Assembly (NCBI GenBank): GCA_041690135.1
Contig: JAWLHY010000003.1
Span: 480,001-544,000, forward strand
Direction of reading: 5' to 3'
From: Armatimonadota bacterium
Lineage (GTDB): Bacteria; Armatimonadota; SYMT01
Length of the DNA: 64,000 nt
This document shows positions 1-10,274 of this stretch, in pieces. Under the pieces are notes generated by a model that saw only the letters and a list, made by a program, of their open reading frames with translations, had not been told where the DNA came from and did not search any database. A program made the translations under genes and the position numbers. Numbering within the stretch: the first letter of the stretch is position 1; each line of letters begins with the position of its first letter.

Positions 1-109
1 TTCTCATTGAAACCGTTCGCGGCGCCATGCCCCCGCCTCCCGAGCGCCAAAGAGGGATGTAGGACACTCGCCTGGAAATATCCGTTAACAGTTCCCCCGA
101 GCCCACGGA

Positions 110-2749
110 GTGTTCCCCTTGAGTCACGACCCCAACCCCAAGCCACAGCCCGTTCCCGTCGCCCGCGTCAATCGTCGCCGCCTCATGCAGGCCTCGGGCG
201 CGACCGCGGCCGGGCTGGTGGTCGCGCCCGAATCGTTGACGGTTCCACCGGCGGAGGCAGCGGGAGAGACGGATTTCGCCAGCCGGTGGACCGTCTGTCA
301 CGACCGGGTGTGGCTGGGGCCGGAGTACTGGGCGAACCCGCAGCAGGACTGGCGGGTTGCCGGGGGGCGGATCGAGTGTATCAACGCCGCGCCGGACCGC
401 AACGTCCACCTGCTCACCCGGCAGCTCGGTGAGAAGCCCGGTGACCTGCACCTCAGCGTCCGTGTGGGCCGGGTGGGGAGCGGGCGGTGGGGGCAGGGGA
501 AGGGTTCCGCGGGTTTCCGGATCGGCATCCAGGGTCCGCTTCGGGAGTATCGCAACAGCCTCGTCTTCGGTACAGGTCTCAATGCCGGCGTGACCAGCCA
601 GGGCGGCCTCTTCATCGGGGAGTGGGACTCCGCGAAGCCGGGTGCCGTTCCGGCCGATCTGCCGGCCCTGGAGCTTCGCCTCACCGCGGAGACGAAGGGA
701 GCAGCCTACACCATTACTCTCGCCGCGCACGATCCCGCGAACGGAAAGCTACTCGCCCAGGTGCGGCGGGAAGGGGTGCCGGCCGAACGGCTTGTCGGCA
801 ACGTCGCCCTGGTGGCCAACTTCGGAAGCCCGCCCGGTCCCGGCGGTCGCCGCCGGCCGGGCGCGACCGGCGGAAACACCCTCGGCGTGGGGCAGTTCTG
901 GTTTGCAGACTGGCGTCTTCGCGGCGGCAAGCTGGAGGCGCACGAAGACCATGCTTTCGGGCCGATCCTCTTCAACCACTACACCCTTAGCGATGGCGTC
1001 CTGAAGATGACGGCGCAGATGCCCCCGGTCGGCGCGAAGGAGTCCCAGGCCGTGCGTCTGCAAGTGCGACCTGGCAATTCCGGACCGTGGAAGACCCTCG
1101 GCGAGGAAACGATCCATCCACAGGCCCGCACCGCCACCTTCCGGGTGGAGAAGTGGAATGCGGGCAAAGACGTGCCCTACCGCCTGGCCTACACGCAGGT
1201 ATTCGCGGATGGGCGCACCGAGGAGCATTACTGGGCGGGGACCATCCGCCGCGACCCGGTAGATCAGCCCGTGCTCACGGTCGCGGACATCTCGTGCAAC
1301 ATCCACCAGGCCTTTCCGAACGCCCCCTACGTCGCCAACGTCGGCAAGCTCAACCCGGACCTGATTGCCTTCACCGGCGACCAGTTCTACGAAAGCACCG
1401 GCGGGTACGGCGTGGTCCGCACCCCGCTGGAACCCGCCATCCTGGACTACCTCCGCAAGTGGTACATCCACGGCTGGACCTGGCGTGAATTGACCCGGAA
1501 CCGCCCGAGCGTTTCCATCCCGGATGACCATGACGTCTACCAGGGCAACATCTGGGGCGAGAGCGGCGAGGGGAAGCGGCGTACCCAGGCGATGGGCGGC
1601 TACGAGATGTACCCTGATTGGGTCAACGTGGTCCATCGCACCCAGACGTCGCACCATCCGGACCCGCACGACCCCGCTCCCGTCCGGCAGGGCATCAGTG
1701 TCTACCATGGGCCGATGACTTACGGCCGGGTGAGTTTTGCGATCCTGGCCGACCGGATGTTCAAGTCCGGCCCGGAAGGGAAGGTGCCACCCACCCCCGG
1801 CCGCGGCGATCATGTGCTCGACCCGAATTTCGATCCGAAGACGGCCGACGTGCCGGGCGCGGAGCTCCTCGGTGAGCGCCAGATGCGCTTCCTGAGGGAG
1901 TGGGTCGCGGATTGGCGCGGCGCGGATATGAAAGCAGTCATCTCCCAGACCATCTTTTCCGCCATGGCGACTACCCACGGCGGCGAGCGCCAGGTGCTGC
2001 GGGCCGATTACGACGCCAACGGGTGGCCGCAAACGCCGCGCAACGAGGCGGTGCGCCTGATCCGGAAGGCGTTTGCCGTCCACTTGGCCGGTGATCAACA
2101 CCTGCCGGCCGTGGTGCAGTATGGCGTTGATACCCACCGGGACGGCCCCGTCGCGTTCGCGGGTCCCGCCGTCAACGTGGGGTACCCGCGCTGGTGGGAG
2201 CCCAAGGTGCCCGGACAGAACCGCGCGCCCGGCGCCCCCGAGATCACGGGCGACTTCCTGGACCATTTCGGCAACCCGATGACCGTGGTCGCCGTCAAGA
2301 ATGGGGCCGTCGAGCCGCGCCGTCCCGTGATGGAGATGATGGACGACAAAGCCTCCGGCCTCGGTATCGTCCGGTTCGACAAGCCCAACCGCAAGATCAC
2401 CATCGAGTGCTGGCCGTTTCTTGCCGATCCTACACGGCCCGGCACCCAGTTTCCCGGCTGGCCCGTTACGGTCGATATGATGGACAACTACGGCCGGGCT
2501 CCCGTAGCCTGGCTACCGACTATCAAAGTGAACGGCATGCGCGACCCCGTCGTCGAAGTGATCGACGAGGCCGATGGTGACCTCGTCTACGCCCTGCGTA
2601 TCCGCGGCAGCGAATTCCGTCCCCATGTCTTCAATGAAGGCTCTTATACCCTCCGTGTCGGGGAGCAACCGGGCCGCATGAAGACCCGCAAGGGGATCAA
2701 AGCCTCCCGCGACGAAGGCGGCCGCGTCATCAAGATTGATTTGGAGTGA
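110..2749 (+). CDS. Tat-exported alkaline phosphatase D (PhoD)-like metallophosphatase
   Basis: 879-aa ORF; twin-arginine signal VNRRRLMQ; PhoD-type motifs FTGDQFYE, PDDHDV, AGDQHL. Start approximate. Confidence 0.8.
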   Translation: MFPLSHDPNPKPQPVPVARVNRRRLMQASGATAAGLVVAPESLTVPPAEAAGETDFASRWTVCHDRVWLGPEYWANPQQDWRVAGGRIECINAAPDRNVHLLTRQLGEKPGDLHLSVRVGRVGSGRWGQGKGSAGFRIGIQGPLREYRNSLVFGTGLNAGVTSQGGLFIGEWDSAKPGAVPADLPALELRLTAETKGAAYTITLAAHDPANGKLLAQVRREGVPAERLVGNVALVANFGSPPGPGGRRRPGATGGNTLGVGQFWFADWRLRGGKLEAHEDHAFGPILFNHYTLSDGVLKMTAQMPPVGAKESQAVRLQVRPGNSGPWKTLGEETIHPQARTATFRVEKWNAGKDVPYRLAYTQVFADGRTEEHYWAGTIRRDPVDQPVLTVADISCNIHQAFPNAPYVANVGKLNPDLIAFTGDQFYESTGGYGVVRTPLEPAILDYLRKWYIHGWTWRELTRNRPSVSIPDDHDVYQGNIWGESGEGKRRTQAMGGYEMYPDWVNVVHRTQTSHHPDPHDPAPVRQGISVYHGPMTYGRVSFAILADRMFKSGPEGKVPPTPGRGDHVLDPNFDPKTADVPGAELLGERQMRFLREWVADWRGADMKAVISQTIFSAMATTHGGERQVLRADYDANGWPQTPRNEAVRLIRKAFAVHLAGDQHLPAVVQYGVDTHRDGPVAFAGPAVNVGYPRWWEPKVPGQNRAPGAPEITGDFLDHFGNPMTVVAVKNGAVEPRRPVMEMMDDKASGLGIVRFDKPNRKITIECWPFLADPTRPGTQFPGWPVTVDMMDNYGRAPVAWLPTIKVNGMRDPVVEVIDEADGDLVYALRIRGSEFRPHVFNEGSYTLRVGEQPGRMKTRKGIKASRDEGGRVIKIDLE

Positions 2750-2750
2750 G

Positions 2751-3129
2751 GGGACGATCCGCGAATAACGCGAATGAGGCGAATGGGGAAGGCGATGCCG
2801 GCGTGGGGGACGACCCGCGAATAGCACGAATGAAGCTAAGTGGTGGAGTGGGGCGGGCGTCTCTCCCGACACGGTAGCCGCTACGGCGTTTGCAAGGTCC
2901 CCAGCTCTTATCCCCCGTGGCGTGGCGGAACTCAAAGGGATCTCACAGTTGGCTAACGACTGCGCATCCACGATGCGGGGAAGGGACAGCAGCCACTCTC
3001 CTACACCATCCCGTACCCGGGGTGGCTAAAACTGACTCCAATCGCGCTTGCGGGGGCCCTCACTCCTAACACTCGTCCTAATCGGGAGTTGGCCCGGTTC
3101 ATTCGCCCTATTTATCCAATTCGCGGATC
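2751..3129. repeat. 9-bp-period repeat tracts arranged as inverted arms
   Basis: Left blocks gggacgatccgcgaataacgcgaatgaggcgaatgg (2751) and gggacgacccgcgaatagcacgaatgaag (2807); right arm ends attcgcggatc (3119-3129), the reverse complement of gatccgcgaat (2756-2766). Confidence 0.7.
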
Positions 3130-3136
3130 ACTCACC

Positions 3137-4384
3137 ATGACGCGCAGACAGGCAATGCTCATCACCACGGCCGCCATGCTGCTGGCCGTCCGCGTCTCGG
3201 CGGACAACTGGCCCGCCTGGCGCGGCGCGCAGGGCAACGGCCACTGCCAGGAGAAGAACCTGCCCCTGCAGTGGTCCACCACGGAGAACGTGCGGTGGAA
3301 GGTCCCTCTGCCCAGCCCCGGCAACTCCACGCCGGTGATCTGGGGCGATCGCATCTTCCTCACCCAGTCCCTCGATGCGACCGGGTCGCAGCGCGCGGTG
3401 CTGTGCCTGGACCGCAAGGACGGCAAGGTGCTGTGGCAGAAGTCGGTGCCGTTCCAGGGTAGGGAAACGACCCACCGGGACAACCCCTACTGCTCCGGCT
3501 CGCCGGTGACGGATGGGGAGCGGGTCATCGCCTGGATGGGTTCGGCCGGCGTGGTCTGTTACGACTTCCAGGGCAACCAGCTCTGGTTCAAGGACCTGGG
3601 CAAGTTCGAACACATCTGGGGCAATTCGGGGACGCCCGTGCTCTACAAGGACCTGGCCATCCTGAACTGCGGCCCCGGAGAGCGTCAGTTTCTCGTCGCG
3701 CTCGACAAGAAGACGGGTAAGGAGATCTGGCGCGTGGACGAACCGGGCGGGAAATTCGGGACCACCAATCGCGAATGGCTGGGCTCCTGGAGCACTCCCG
3801 CCGTCACCACGATCAAGGGCCGGGAAGAACTCATCATGACCTGGCCGGGAGCGGTGAAGTCCTACGATCCAGCCACGGGGAAGCTCCTCTGGACCTGCGG
3901 CGGTCTCACCCCCCTGGTCTACACCTCACCCCTGGTCAGCGACGAGGTCATCGTCGCCATGTGCGGCTTCGGGGGTTCCTGGATGGGCGTAAAGACCGGC
4001 GGCATCGGCGATGTCACCGCCACCCACCAACTCTGGCGCGTGCCCCGGGCACCCCAGCGGATCGGTTCCGGGGTCATCATCGGCGATCACATCTACATGG
4101 TGAACGAGCCGGGCGTGGCCCAATGCACCGAGTTGAAAACCGGTAAGGTCTTGTGGGAAGAGCGGCTCGGCACCAGTACCTGGGGCAGCCTCGTCCATGC
4201 GGATGGCAAGCTCTACGTGACAAGCCGCCGGGGCGAGACGTATGTCTTCGCGGCGAAGCCCCAGTTTGAGCTGATCGCCCGCAACCCGTTGAACGAGACC
4301 ACCCTCTCCTCTATCGCGGTCTCCAACGGCGACCTTTTTATCCGCACCTATCAGCATCTCTGGTGCATCAAGGGCGGTTCGTGA
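3137..4384 (+). CDS. PQQ-binding-like (BamB-like) beta-propeller protein, secreted
   Basis: Signal peptide then ADNWPAWRG; repeated xGKxxW blade motifs; C-terminal LFIRTYQHLWCI. Confidence 0.85.
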   Translation: MTRRQAMLITTAAMLLAVRVSADNWPAWRGAQGNGHCQEKNLPLQWSTTENVRWKVPLPSPGNSTPVIWGDRIFLTQSLDATGSQRAVLCLDRKDGKVLWQKSVPFQGRETTHRDNPYCSGSPVTDGERVIAWMGSAGVVCYDFQGNQLWFKDLGKFEHIWGNSGTPVLYKDLAILNCGPGERQFLVALDKKTGKEIWRVDEPGGKFGTTNREWLGSWSTPAVTTIKGREELIMTWPGAVKSYDPATGKLLWTCGGLTPLVYTSPLVSDEVIVAMCGFGGSWMGVKTGGIGDVTATHQLWRVPRAPQRIGSGVIIGDHIYMVNEPGVAQCTELKTGKVLWEERLGTSTWGSLVHADGKLYVTSRRGETYVFAAKPQFELIARNPLNETTLSSIAVSNGDLFIRTYQHLWCIKGGS

Positions 4385-4404
4385 GGGGCTCTCGGACCAG
4401 AGCT

Positions 4405-4450
4405 CAATTTTCAATTTCAAATTTACAATTTACAATTTGCAGTTTGCAAT
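4405..4450. repeat. 7-bp tandem repeat tract (CAATTTn)
   Basis: CAATTTT CAATTTC AAATTTA CAATTTA CAATTTG CAGTTTG CAAT; AT-rich in a GC-rich context. Confidence 0.8.
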
Positions 4451-4486
4451 CCCCCAACTGCACTTCCCAGATCGGAGACCCCAGGA

Positions 4487-5770
4487 ATGCCTTCTCGTTG
4501 GAAGTCCGCCGCCTGTGCGGCCCTCGCCGTGTGCACCCTAGCTTCGCTCACCTCTGCCGCTCTCGCCCAGCGCTCCGCGGCCGGAAAGAGCCGGGAGTGG
4601 TTCCAGTGGCGCGGCCCGGACCGCACTGGAATCTCGCAGGAGACCGGCCTGTTGAAGAGCTGGCCCGCAGAGGGGCCGAAGCTGCTCTGGAAGGCGGAGG
4701 GGCTGGGCGGTGGCTACAGCACCCCGTCGTTTGTCGGAAACCGCCTCTACGGCATGGGCTACAAGGGCACGGATGAAGTCGTCTGGGCGCGAAACCTGGC
4801 CGACGGCAGCGAGCTCTGGCGGGTCCGCATCAACGACATCAACAAGGGGATCGGTTACCCCGATGGCTCGCGCTGCACCCCCACCGTGGACGGCAACCTG
4901 GTCTACGCGCTTGGGGTGAGCGGCGACCTCGTCTGCCTGGAAGCGGCGACAGGCAAGATGCGCTGGCAGAAGAACCTGGTGCGGGACTTCGGCGGCGCCG
5001 TCCCGAACTGGGGTTATGCCGAGTCGCCCCTCATCGACGGCGAGAAGTTGCTCGTCTCGCCCGGCGGGGCCAGTGCCACGGTCGTTGCACTGAATAAGGC
5101 GGACGGCTCCGTAATCTGGAAGTGCGCTACCCCGGATGCCTCCGCCGCCTGCTACGCCTCCATCCTGCCCGCGGACATGGGCGGCAAGCGCCAGTACGTG
5201 GCCTACCTCGCCGGTGGAGTTTATGGCGTCTCCACGGACGGCAAGCTACTCTGGCACTACGCCAGCCCCGGCAACCGCATCGTCTGCACCACCCCGGTCT
5301 ACAAGGACCAGATGGTCTTCGCCACCACCGCCTACGATAAGGGCGGCGGGGCCGTCCGCCTGAAGCCAACAGCTACCGGCGTGGAAGCAACGGAAGCCTA
5401 CTTCGACCGGGAGATCCAGAACCATCACGGCGGCGTGGTGCTCCTGGGCGACCACATGTACTACTTCGAAGGCTGGAAGATCGGGCGTCTCGTCTGCCGC
5501 GAGTTCAAGACCGGCAAGCTGGTCTGGGCCGACGAAACAAAGCGCAAGGGCTCCATCGTCTACGCGGAAGGTCTCCTCTACTGCCGGAACGAGCGCGGCA
5601 CGATGAGCATCGTCGAGGCTAGCCCGAAGGGCTACAAGGAGATCAGCAGCTTTGAGCAGCCGTTCCGGAGCGGCAAGAACGCCTGGGCGCATCCGGTCGT
5701 CACCGGCGGCAAGCTCTACCTCCGCGATCAGGACGTGCTTCTCTGCTACGACATTCGCGACGGGAAGTGA
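4487..5770 (+). CDS. PQQ-binding-like beta-propeller protein, secreted
   Basis: Signal peptide, EWFQWRGPDRTG, PKLLW, AWAHPVVTGGKLYLRDQ. Confidence 0.85.
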   Translation: MPSRWKSAACAALAVCTLASLTSAALAQRSAAGKSREWFQWRGPDRTGISQETGLLKSWPAEGPKLLWKAEGLGGGYSTPSFVGNRLYGMGYKGTDEVVWARNLADGSELWRVRINDINKGIGYPDGSRCTPTVDGNLVYALGVSGDLVCLEAATGKMRWQKNLVRDFGGAVPNWGYAESPLIDGEKLLVSPGGASATVVALNKADGSVIWKCATPDASAACYASILPADMGGKRQYVAYLAGGVYGVSTDGKLLWHYASPGNRIVCTTPVYKDQMVFATTAYDKGGGAVRLKPTATGVEATEAYFDREIQNHHGGVVLLGDHMYYFEGWKIGRLVCREFKTGKLVWADETKRKGSIVYAEGLLYCRNERGTMSIVEASPKGYKEISSFEQPFRSGKNAWAHPVVTGGKLYLRDQDVLLCYDIRDGK

Positions 5771-6113
5771 TTTCCGGCTGAGTTCACCCAAAGAACCCTT
5801 CGCGCCGCGAAGGTGTTGCCGCCTCGGCTAAGGTTTGGCTAAGGCGCTGGGGGGAAAGGGCAACCTGTGCTATGGTAGAATGGCTTCATTCCAACGCCTG
5901 ATCGGAGCGCCCCCCCCAGACTGCGGCACCCACTGTTCGTAGTCCGGTTAGCGCGGGTCGTGAAGGTCGGGGAATTCAGGCGCTCTTCCGCAGCCTGGGC
6001 AAATGAGGTATGTCCGCCCTCGAGCAGTATAGAGGCGTGAAGCCATACCCGGCTGGAAAAGGTCCGTCGACCGGATTCGGCCTGTGCGCCGCCGAAAAGG
6101 CGGAGAGGAGCCC

Positions 6114-7040
6114 ATGCGAACCAGCATCGTTATACCGACCCGAAACCGCGCGGAAATGGTTGTGGAAGCGGTGACCAGCGTCCTTTCGACGCAGGGGCCG
6201 TGCCGCCAGGTAGTGGTCGTCGACGATGGTTCCACGGATCACACTCGCGAAGCGCTCTCCCGTTTTGGAAACGAGATCGTCGTAGTCGACGGCGGTGGAC
6301 GGGGTAAGGGCAACGCCCGAAATGCCGGGGTCCGGCGCGCGGAAGGGGAATGGATCGCGTTCCTCGACGATGATGATCTATTCCTTCCGGAGGGCCTGGA
6401 GAAGCTCGAGAACACACTTGCCGCGGCTCCCGCGGAAGTGGGGGTCGTCTACGGCCGGCCGCAGTACATCCGCACGGATCCGTCCAACCCCCTGGTGGCG
6501 CAGCTACCCGAAGGACACGGTGAGGAAGGGTGGGTCTTTCCCCGTCTGCTGGCAGGCAGCTTCATGGTGACCGGCACGATGCTGGTGCGGAGGTCGGTCG
6601 TGTTGGAAGTCGGCGGTATGGACCCGACGCTGCCTTACGTGCAGGACTACGAGCTCTGGCTTCGGATCTCCGCCAATTGCCGGTTCCGTCATGTGGATGC
6701 CGATATCTGCCGTGTTCGCCTCCATGCAACGAACAGCACCCGCAACATCGAGGAGGCGGGACGGCTTACGGAGCAGGTAAAGCAGCGGCACTTGCTGTCG
6801 GGTAGCTGCACTCGCTACGCGGCGGCGCGGGCCGCGGAGGGGGACAGTGGAACCCGAGTGGCGCTCGCCGAACTGTGCCTGGATCTCGCCCGACGTCGCT
6901 GGTGGGAAGGTGACGTAACCACGAGCCGTCGCGCGCATCTGCAGGCGTTTCGGCTAGCGCCGCAACTGGCCATCACCCGCCTGGGGCCTCTGTGGCGGGC
7001 CTGGGTGCCCATCCAGCGCCCGCTGCGCACCCATCATTAA
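6114..7040 (+). CDS. Glycosyltransferase family 2
   Basis: SIVIPTRNR, VVVDDGSTD, IAFLDDDD, QDYELWLR; RBS gaggag before ATG 6114. Confidence 0.9.
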   Translation: MRTSIVIPTRNRAEMVVEAVTSVLSTQGPCRQVVVVDDGSTDHTREALSRFGNEIVVVDGGGRGKGNARNAGVRRAEGEWIAFLDDDDLFLPEGLEKLENTLAAAPAEVGVVYGRPQYIRTDPSNPLVAQLPEGHGEEGWVFPRLLAGSFMVTGTMLVRRSVVLEVGGMDPTLPYVQDYELWLRISANCRFRHVDADICRVRLHATNSTRNIEEAGRLTEQVKQRHLLSGSCTRYAAARAAEGDSGTRVALAELCLDLARRRWWEGDVTTSRRAHLQAFRLAPQLAITRLGPLWRAWVPIQRPLRTHH

Positions 7041-7048
7041 GTGGAATG

Positions 7049-7079
7049 GCCGACTGCAAGCTCCGGGTTTGCAGTCGGC
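7049..7079. terminator. Hairpin between convergent genes
   Basis: GCCGACTGCAA (7049-7059) pairs with TTGCAGTCGGC (7069-7079); no clear U-tract. Confidence 0.55.
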
Positions 7080-7091
7080 GTACTCCGAGCT

Positions 7092-8402
7092 TTACTCTGA
7101 CTTCAGGCTCGCGCAGACCAGTTCTTCGTCGTTTCGCGCGAACACGTGCTGGTTGGCAAAGGCCGGGTGGGACCAGCAGACGCCCCCGCGCTCCCGAAGC
7201 TGGGCCAGGGTCGGTTTCAAGAGCCCGGCCCGGCTGATCTCCTGGAAGCCCGTGGGAGAGAGGCTGCCGATGATCAGCTCTCCCCGCTCGTTGAAGATCC
7301 AGACCCGCTCCCCGTTCCGCACTAGGTGCGCGGCCGCCCACCGGTTCAGGGGCACCACGCTGACATTCTCCCAGAGGCGGTCGCCGGTCTTCGCGTCCAG
7401 GCAGCGCAGCTCGCCCTTGGAGCAGATGCCGTAGATGTAGTCTCCCATCAGGAGCGGCGTTGAGATGAGGGAGTGGAGCGCATCCGTGTTCTGCTCCGTG
7501 GCACCCCGTCGCTGCCAGAGCTGCTCTACAGCCAGCCGGTCCTTCGGGACCCGCAGCATGAGCGACCCATCGATGGCGCTGCTCAGGAAGAGCCGGTCGC
7601 CGTTCAACACTGGGGTGGCGATCCCGATGGGCCACCGCTTCCGTGGGAACGGCGCCGACCAGTACTCGGCGCCCGTCCGCGGATCGAGCCCCACCACCCG
7701 GTCGGCCGTCCACACCACCGTCACCCGCTTTCCGGCCTGGTCGATGGTGATCGGCGCGGAGTAGGAGGCCGGGTCGCCCAGGGCCTTCCAGCGCTCCTTC
7801 CCCGTCCTTTTGTCCAGGGCCACCACGCACGCGTCCTTGCCGCCGATCTGGAGGATCACCACGTCCTTCTCAATCAGGGGCGAGGCCGCGATTCCCCAGG
7901 TGGGGAGATTGATTTCGTATTCCCGGTTCAGGTCCCGGCTCCAGAGCAGCTTGCCGCGGGCCGCATCGAAGCAGTGGAGGTGCCCCAGCGCTCCCAGAGC
8001 GTACGCTCGACCCTCATCGAGGGTGACGGAGGCGCGCGGCCCGGCGGGGTAGCTCACGCCTCCATATGGCGCCTCGTAAGAGTGAGACCAGATCTTCTCG
8101 CCGGTCTTCTCGTCGAAGCAGTGGACCCGCTCCAGTTGCTGCGGCTCGGCTACCCGGTCGGTGACGTAGACCCGTCCTTTGGCCACCGTCGGTCCGCTGT
8201 AACCGCTCCCGATGGGCACGCGCCACTTGATGGGGATCTCCGGCCCGGCGAACTTCCGGATCAGGCCCTTCTCCGTCCACTGCCCGTCTCGGTTTACCCC
8301 GCGCCACTGCGGCCAGTCCTCCGCGCCCGCCCCCAGTGCGGAGAGCAGGACCCATCCCCCCACCACCGCCATGCAAAGTCCACGTCGATTGCCAGTGCCC
8401 AC
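7092..8402 (-). CDS. PQQ-binding-like beta-propeller protein, secreted
   Basis: Signal peptide, EDWPQWRG, VCWSHPAFAN; close paralog of 8892-10274. Confidence 0.85.
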   Translation of the reverse strand: MGTGNRRGLCMAVVGGWVLLSALGAGAEDWPQWRGVNRDGQWTEKGLIRKFAGPEIPIKWRVPIGSGYSGPTVAKGRVYVTDRVAEPQQLERVHCFDEKTGEKIWSHSYEAPYGGVSYPAGPRASVTLDEGRAYALGALGHLHCFDAARGKLLWSRDLNREYEINLPTWGIAASPLIEKDVVILQIGGKDACVVALDKRTGKERWKALGDPASYSAPITIDQAGKRVTVVWTADRVVGLDPRTGAEYWSAPFPRKRWPIGIATPVLNGDRLFLSSAIDGSLMLRVPKDRLAVEQLWQRRGATEQNTDALHSLISTPLLMGDYIYGICSKGELRCLDAKTGDRLWENVSVVPLNRWAAAHLVRNGERVWIFNERGELIIGSLSPTGFQEISRAGLLKPTLAQLRERGGVCWSHPAFANQHVFARNDEELVCASLKSE

Positions 8403-8427
8403 AGCCTCTCCCTCGTTGTTCAGCGCC

Positions 8428-8877
8428 CTAATGCGCGGTGAGTGATCGCCGCACCGCTTCTAGATCTGTAGACCGGCCGACCGTGTCGATCATTCTGTCA
8501 AGCTGTTTGAGATCGGTTTCAGATTGGGCCAAGTCCGCAATATCCAGCGGCCCGGGCCGAAGCGGGTACTGATGAACTTCAGGATCGTGTCGTGTTTCGC
8601 CTCGGCGACAATCTCTTGCAGGAGCGGGGACTCGATCATGGCCTGTCGCCCTCCGAGTAGTTAGATCAGTTGACTTTCATTATAGCGAAGCTTCGCCAAG
8701 AACTGAGTGACGACCGGCGAGGTGCGCCTCGATCACACCATCCGGGATTTGACCCGGCTGAACCAGCTCCGCCGGAAGCGGGCGCCAGGAGACCACGTCC
8801 GTGATGCCTCCCAGGCGCAGGATGGAGTCACCATGGTGGTCGATCAACCACTTGGAGCTGCGGTCGTAATTGCCCAT
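8428..8877 (-). pseudogene. Decayed Rpn-like (putative transposase/nuclease family) gene
   Basis: N-terminal MGNYDRSSKWLIDHHG...QIPDGVIE jumps to C-terminal VTQFLAKLRYNESQLI*LLGGRQAMIESPLLQE...STDLEAVRR in other frames, implying internal deletion, a stop and a frameshift. Family call from motif recognition only. Confidence 0.6.
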
Positions 8878-8891
8878 TCCTCCAATTGCCT

Positions 8892-10274
8892 TTACGGCGC
8901 CTTCAGACTGGCGCAGACGAGCTCCCGGTCGTTGCGGACGTAGATGCTCTGGTTGGCGTAAGCCGGATGCGCCCAGCAGACCCCGCCGCGCTGGTTGAGC
9001 TGCGGAGTGGTGGGTTGAATCAGGTTGGCCCGGCTGATCTCTTCATATCCCTTTGGCGTGAGCCGGGAGATGATGACGTCGCCGCGCTCGTTGAACATCC
9101 AGACCCGATCGCCGTTGCGGACGAAGTGGATCGTGGCCCACCGGGCCTTCGGCACGGCGTCGAGGCTCTCCCACAAGCGTTCTCCCGTCTTCGCATCCAG
9201 GCAGCGCAGCTCGCCGTAGCTATCCACACCGTAGAGGTAGTCGCCCACCATCATCGGCGTGGAGATAATCGAATGGAGCGCGTCCGTGCTCCGCTCGTTC
9301 GGCCCGCGGCGCTGCCAGAGTTTCTCCACCCCCAGCTCATCCTGCTTCAAGCGCAGCATCAGGGAGCCGTCGTAGAAGCTGGTGAGGAAGAGGCGGTCCT
9401 TCTCCACGATGGGGGTGGCAATGGCAATGACCATCTGCACCGGCGGGTACGGATGATCCCAGTGGAGCTTGCCGGTTTGGGGATCCAACCCGACCACTCT
9501 CTCGCCGGTCCGGCATACCAGCACTTCCTTCCCGGCCTGCTGAATCAGGATCGGTGCGGAATAGGATGGCTTGTCCGGCAGGGCGCGCCACCGCTCCCGA
9601 CCGGTGACCTTGTCGAAGGCCACGAGGCAGGCGTTATCCTCGCCTCCGATATGGGTGATAACAAGGTCGCCATCGATCAACGGGGACGCCGCGAGGCCCC
9701 AGATCGGCATCTGGAGCCGGTATTCGGCGTTCAGATCATGTTTCCAGAGGACCTTCCCACTGGCCGCATCCAGGCAGTGGAGATGCCCGACGGCCCCCAG
9801 CGTGTACGCTCGGTTCTGGTCTACGGTTACCGCGGCGCGCGGCCCGGCCTGGTACTGGATGGACCGGTAGTCCGCGTCGTAGACGTGCGTCCAGACCGGC
9901 TTCCCCGTGCGGGCATCGAAGCAATGAATCCGCTCTTGCTGTGCCGGCTCGGTTACCCGGTCGGTGACGTAGACGCGGCCGTTGGCCACAGAGGGCGCGC
10001 TATAACCGGCACCGACCGGAGCCCGCCAGGTGGCGGGAAGCCGGGGCCCGGCAAACTTCTGCACCAGGCCCTGTTCCTTCCACACCCCATCGCGCGCGGT
10101 GCCGCGCCACTGTGGCCAGTCGTCCGAGAATGCTCCAGCCGCCGCTACTGTAAGAGAGGCAGCCAACAGCGACACGACCGCGGGCTTTAACCTGCGGTAC
10201 GGCGGATTGGCCCTGTGGCGTTTCCCAGGTGTGTGGAGCGTCATGGCGGTGAGAGAGCGGAACAGGCGTGGCAT
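8892..10274 (-). CDS. PQQ-binding-like beta-propeller protein, secreted
   Basis: DDWPQWRG, VCWAHPAYAN; RBS gggagg upstream; paralog of 7092-8402. Confidence 0.85.
   Translation of the reverse strand: MPRLFRSLTAMTLHTPGKRHRANPPYRRLKPAVVSLLAASLTVAAAGAFSDDWPQWRGTARDGVWKEQGLVQKFAGPRLPATWRAPVGAGYSAPSVANGRVYVTDRVTEPAQQERIHCFDARTGKPVWTHVYDADYRSIQYQAGPRAAVTVDQNRAYTLGAVGHLHCLDAASGKVLWKHDLNAEYRLQMPIWGLAASPLIDGDLVITHIGGEDNACLVAFDKVTGRERWRALPDKPSYSAPILIQQAGKEVLVCRTGERVVGLDPQTGKLHWDHPYPPVQMVIAIATPIVEKDRLFLTSFYDGSLMLRLKQDELGVEKLWQRRGPNERSTDALHSIISTPMMVGDYLYGVDSYGELRCLDAKTGERLWESLDAVPKARWATIHFVRNGDRVWMFNERGDVIISRLTPKGYEEISRANLIQPTTPQLNQRGGVCWAHPAYANQSIYVRNDRELVCASLKAP

Noticed and set aside
5771-6113. Possible small RNA or tRNA in this intergenic gap
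   Set aside because: Only a short hairpin and promoter-like hexamers; no cloverleaf or known RNA signature.
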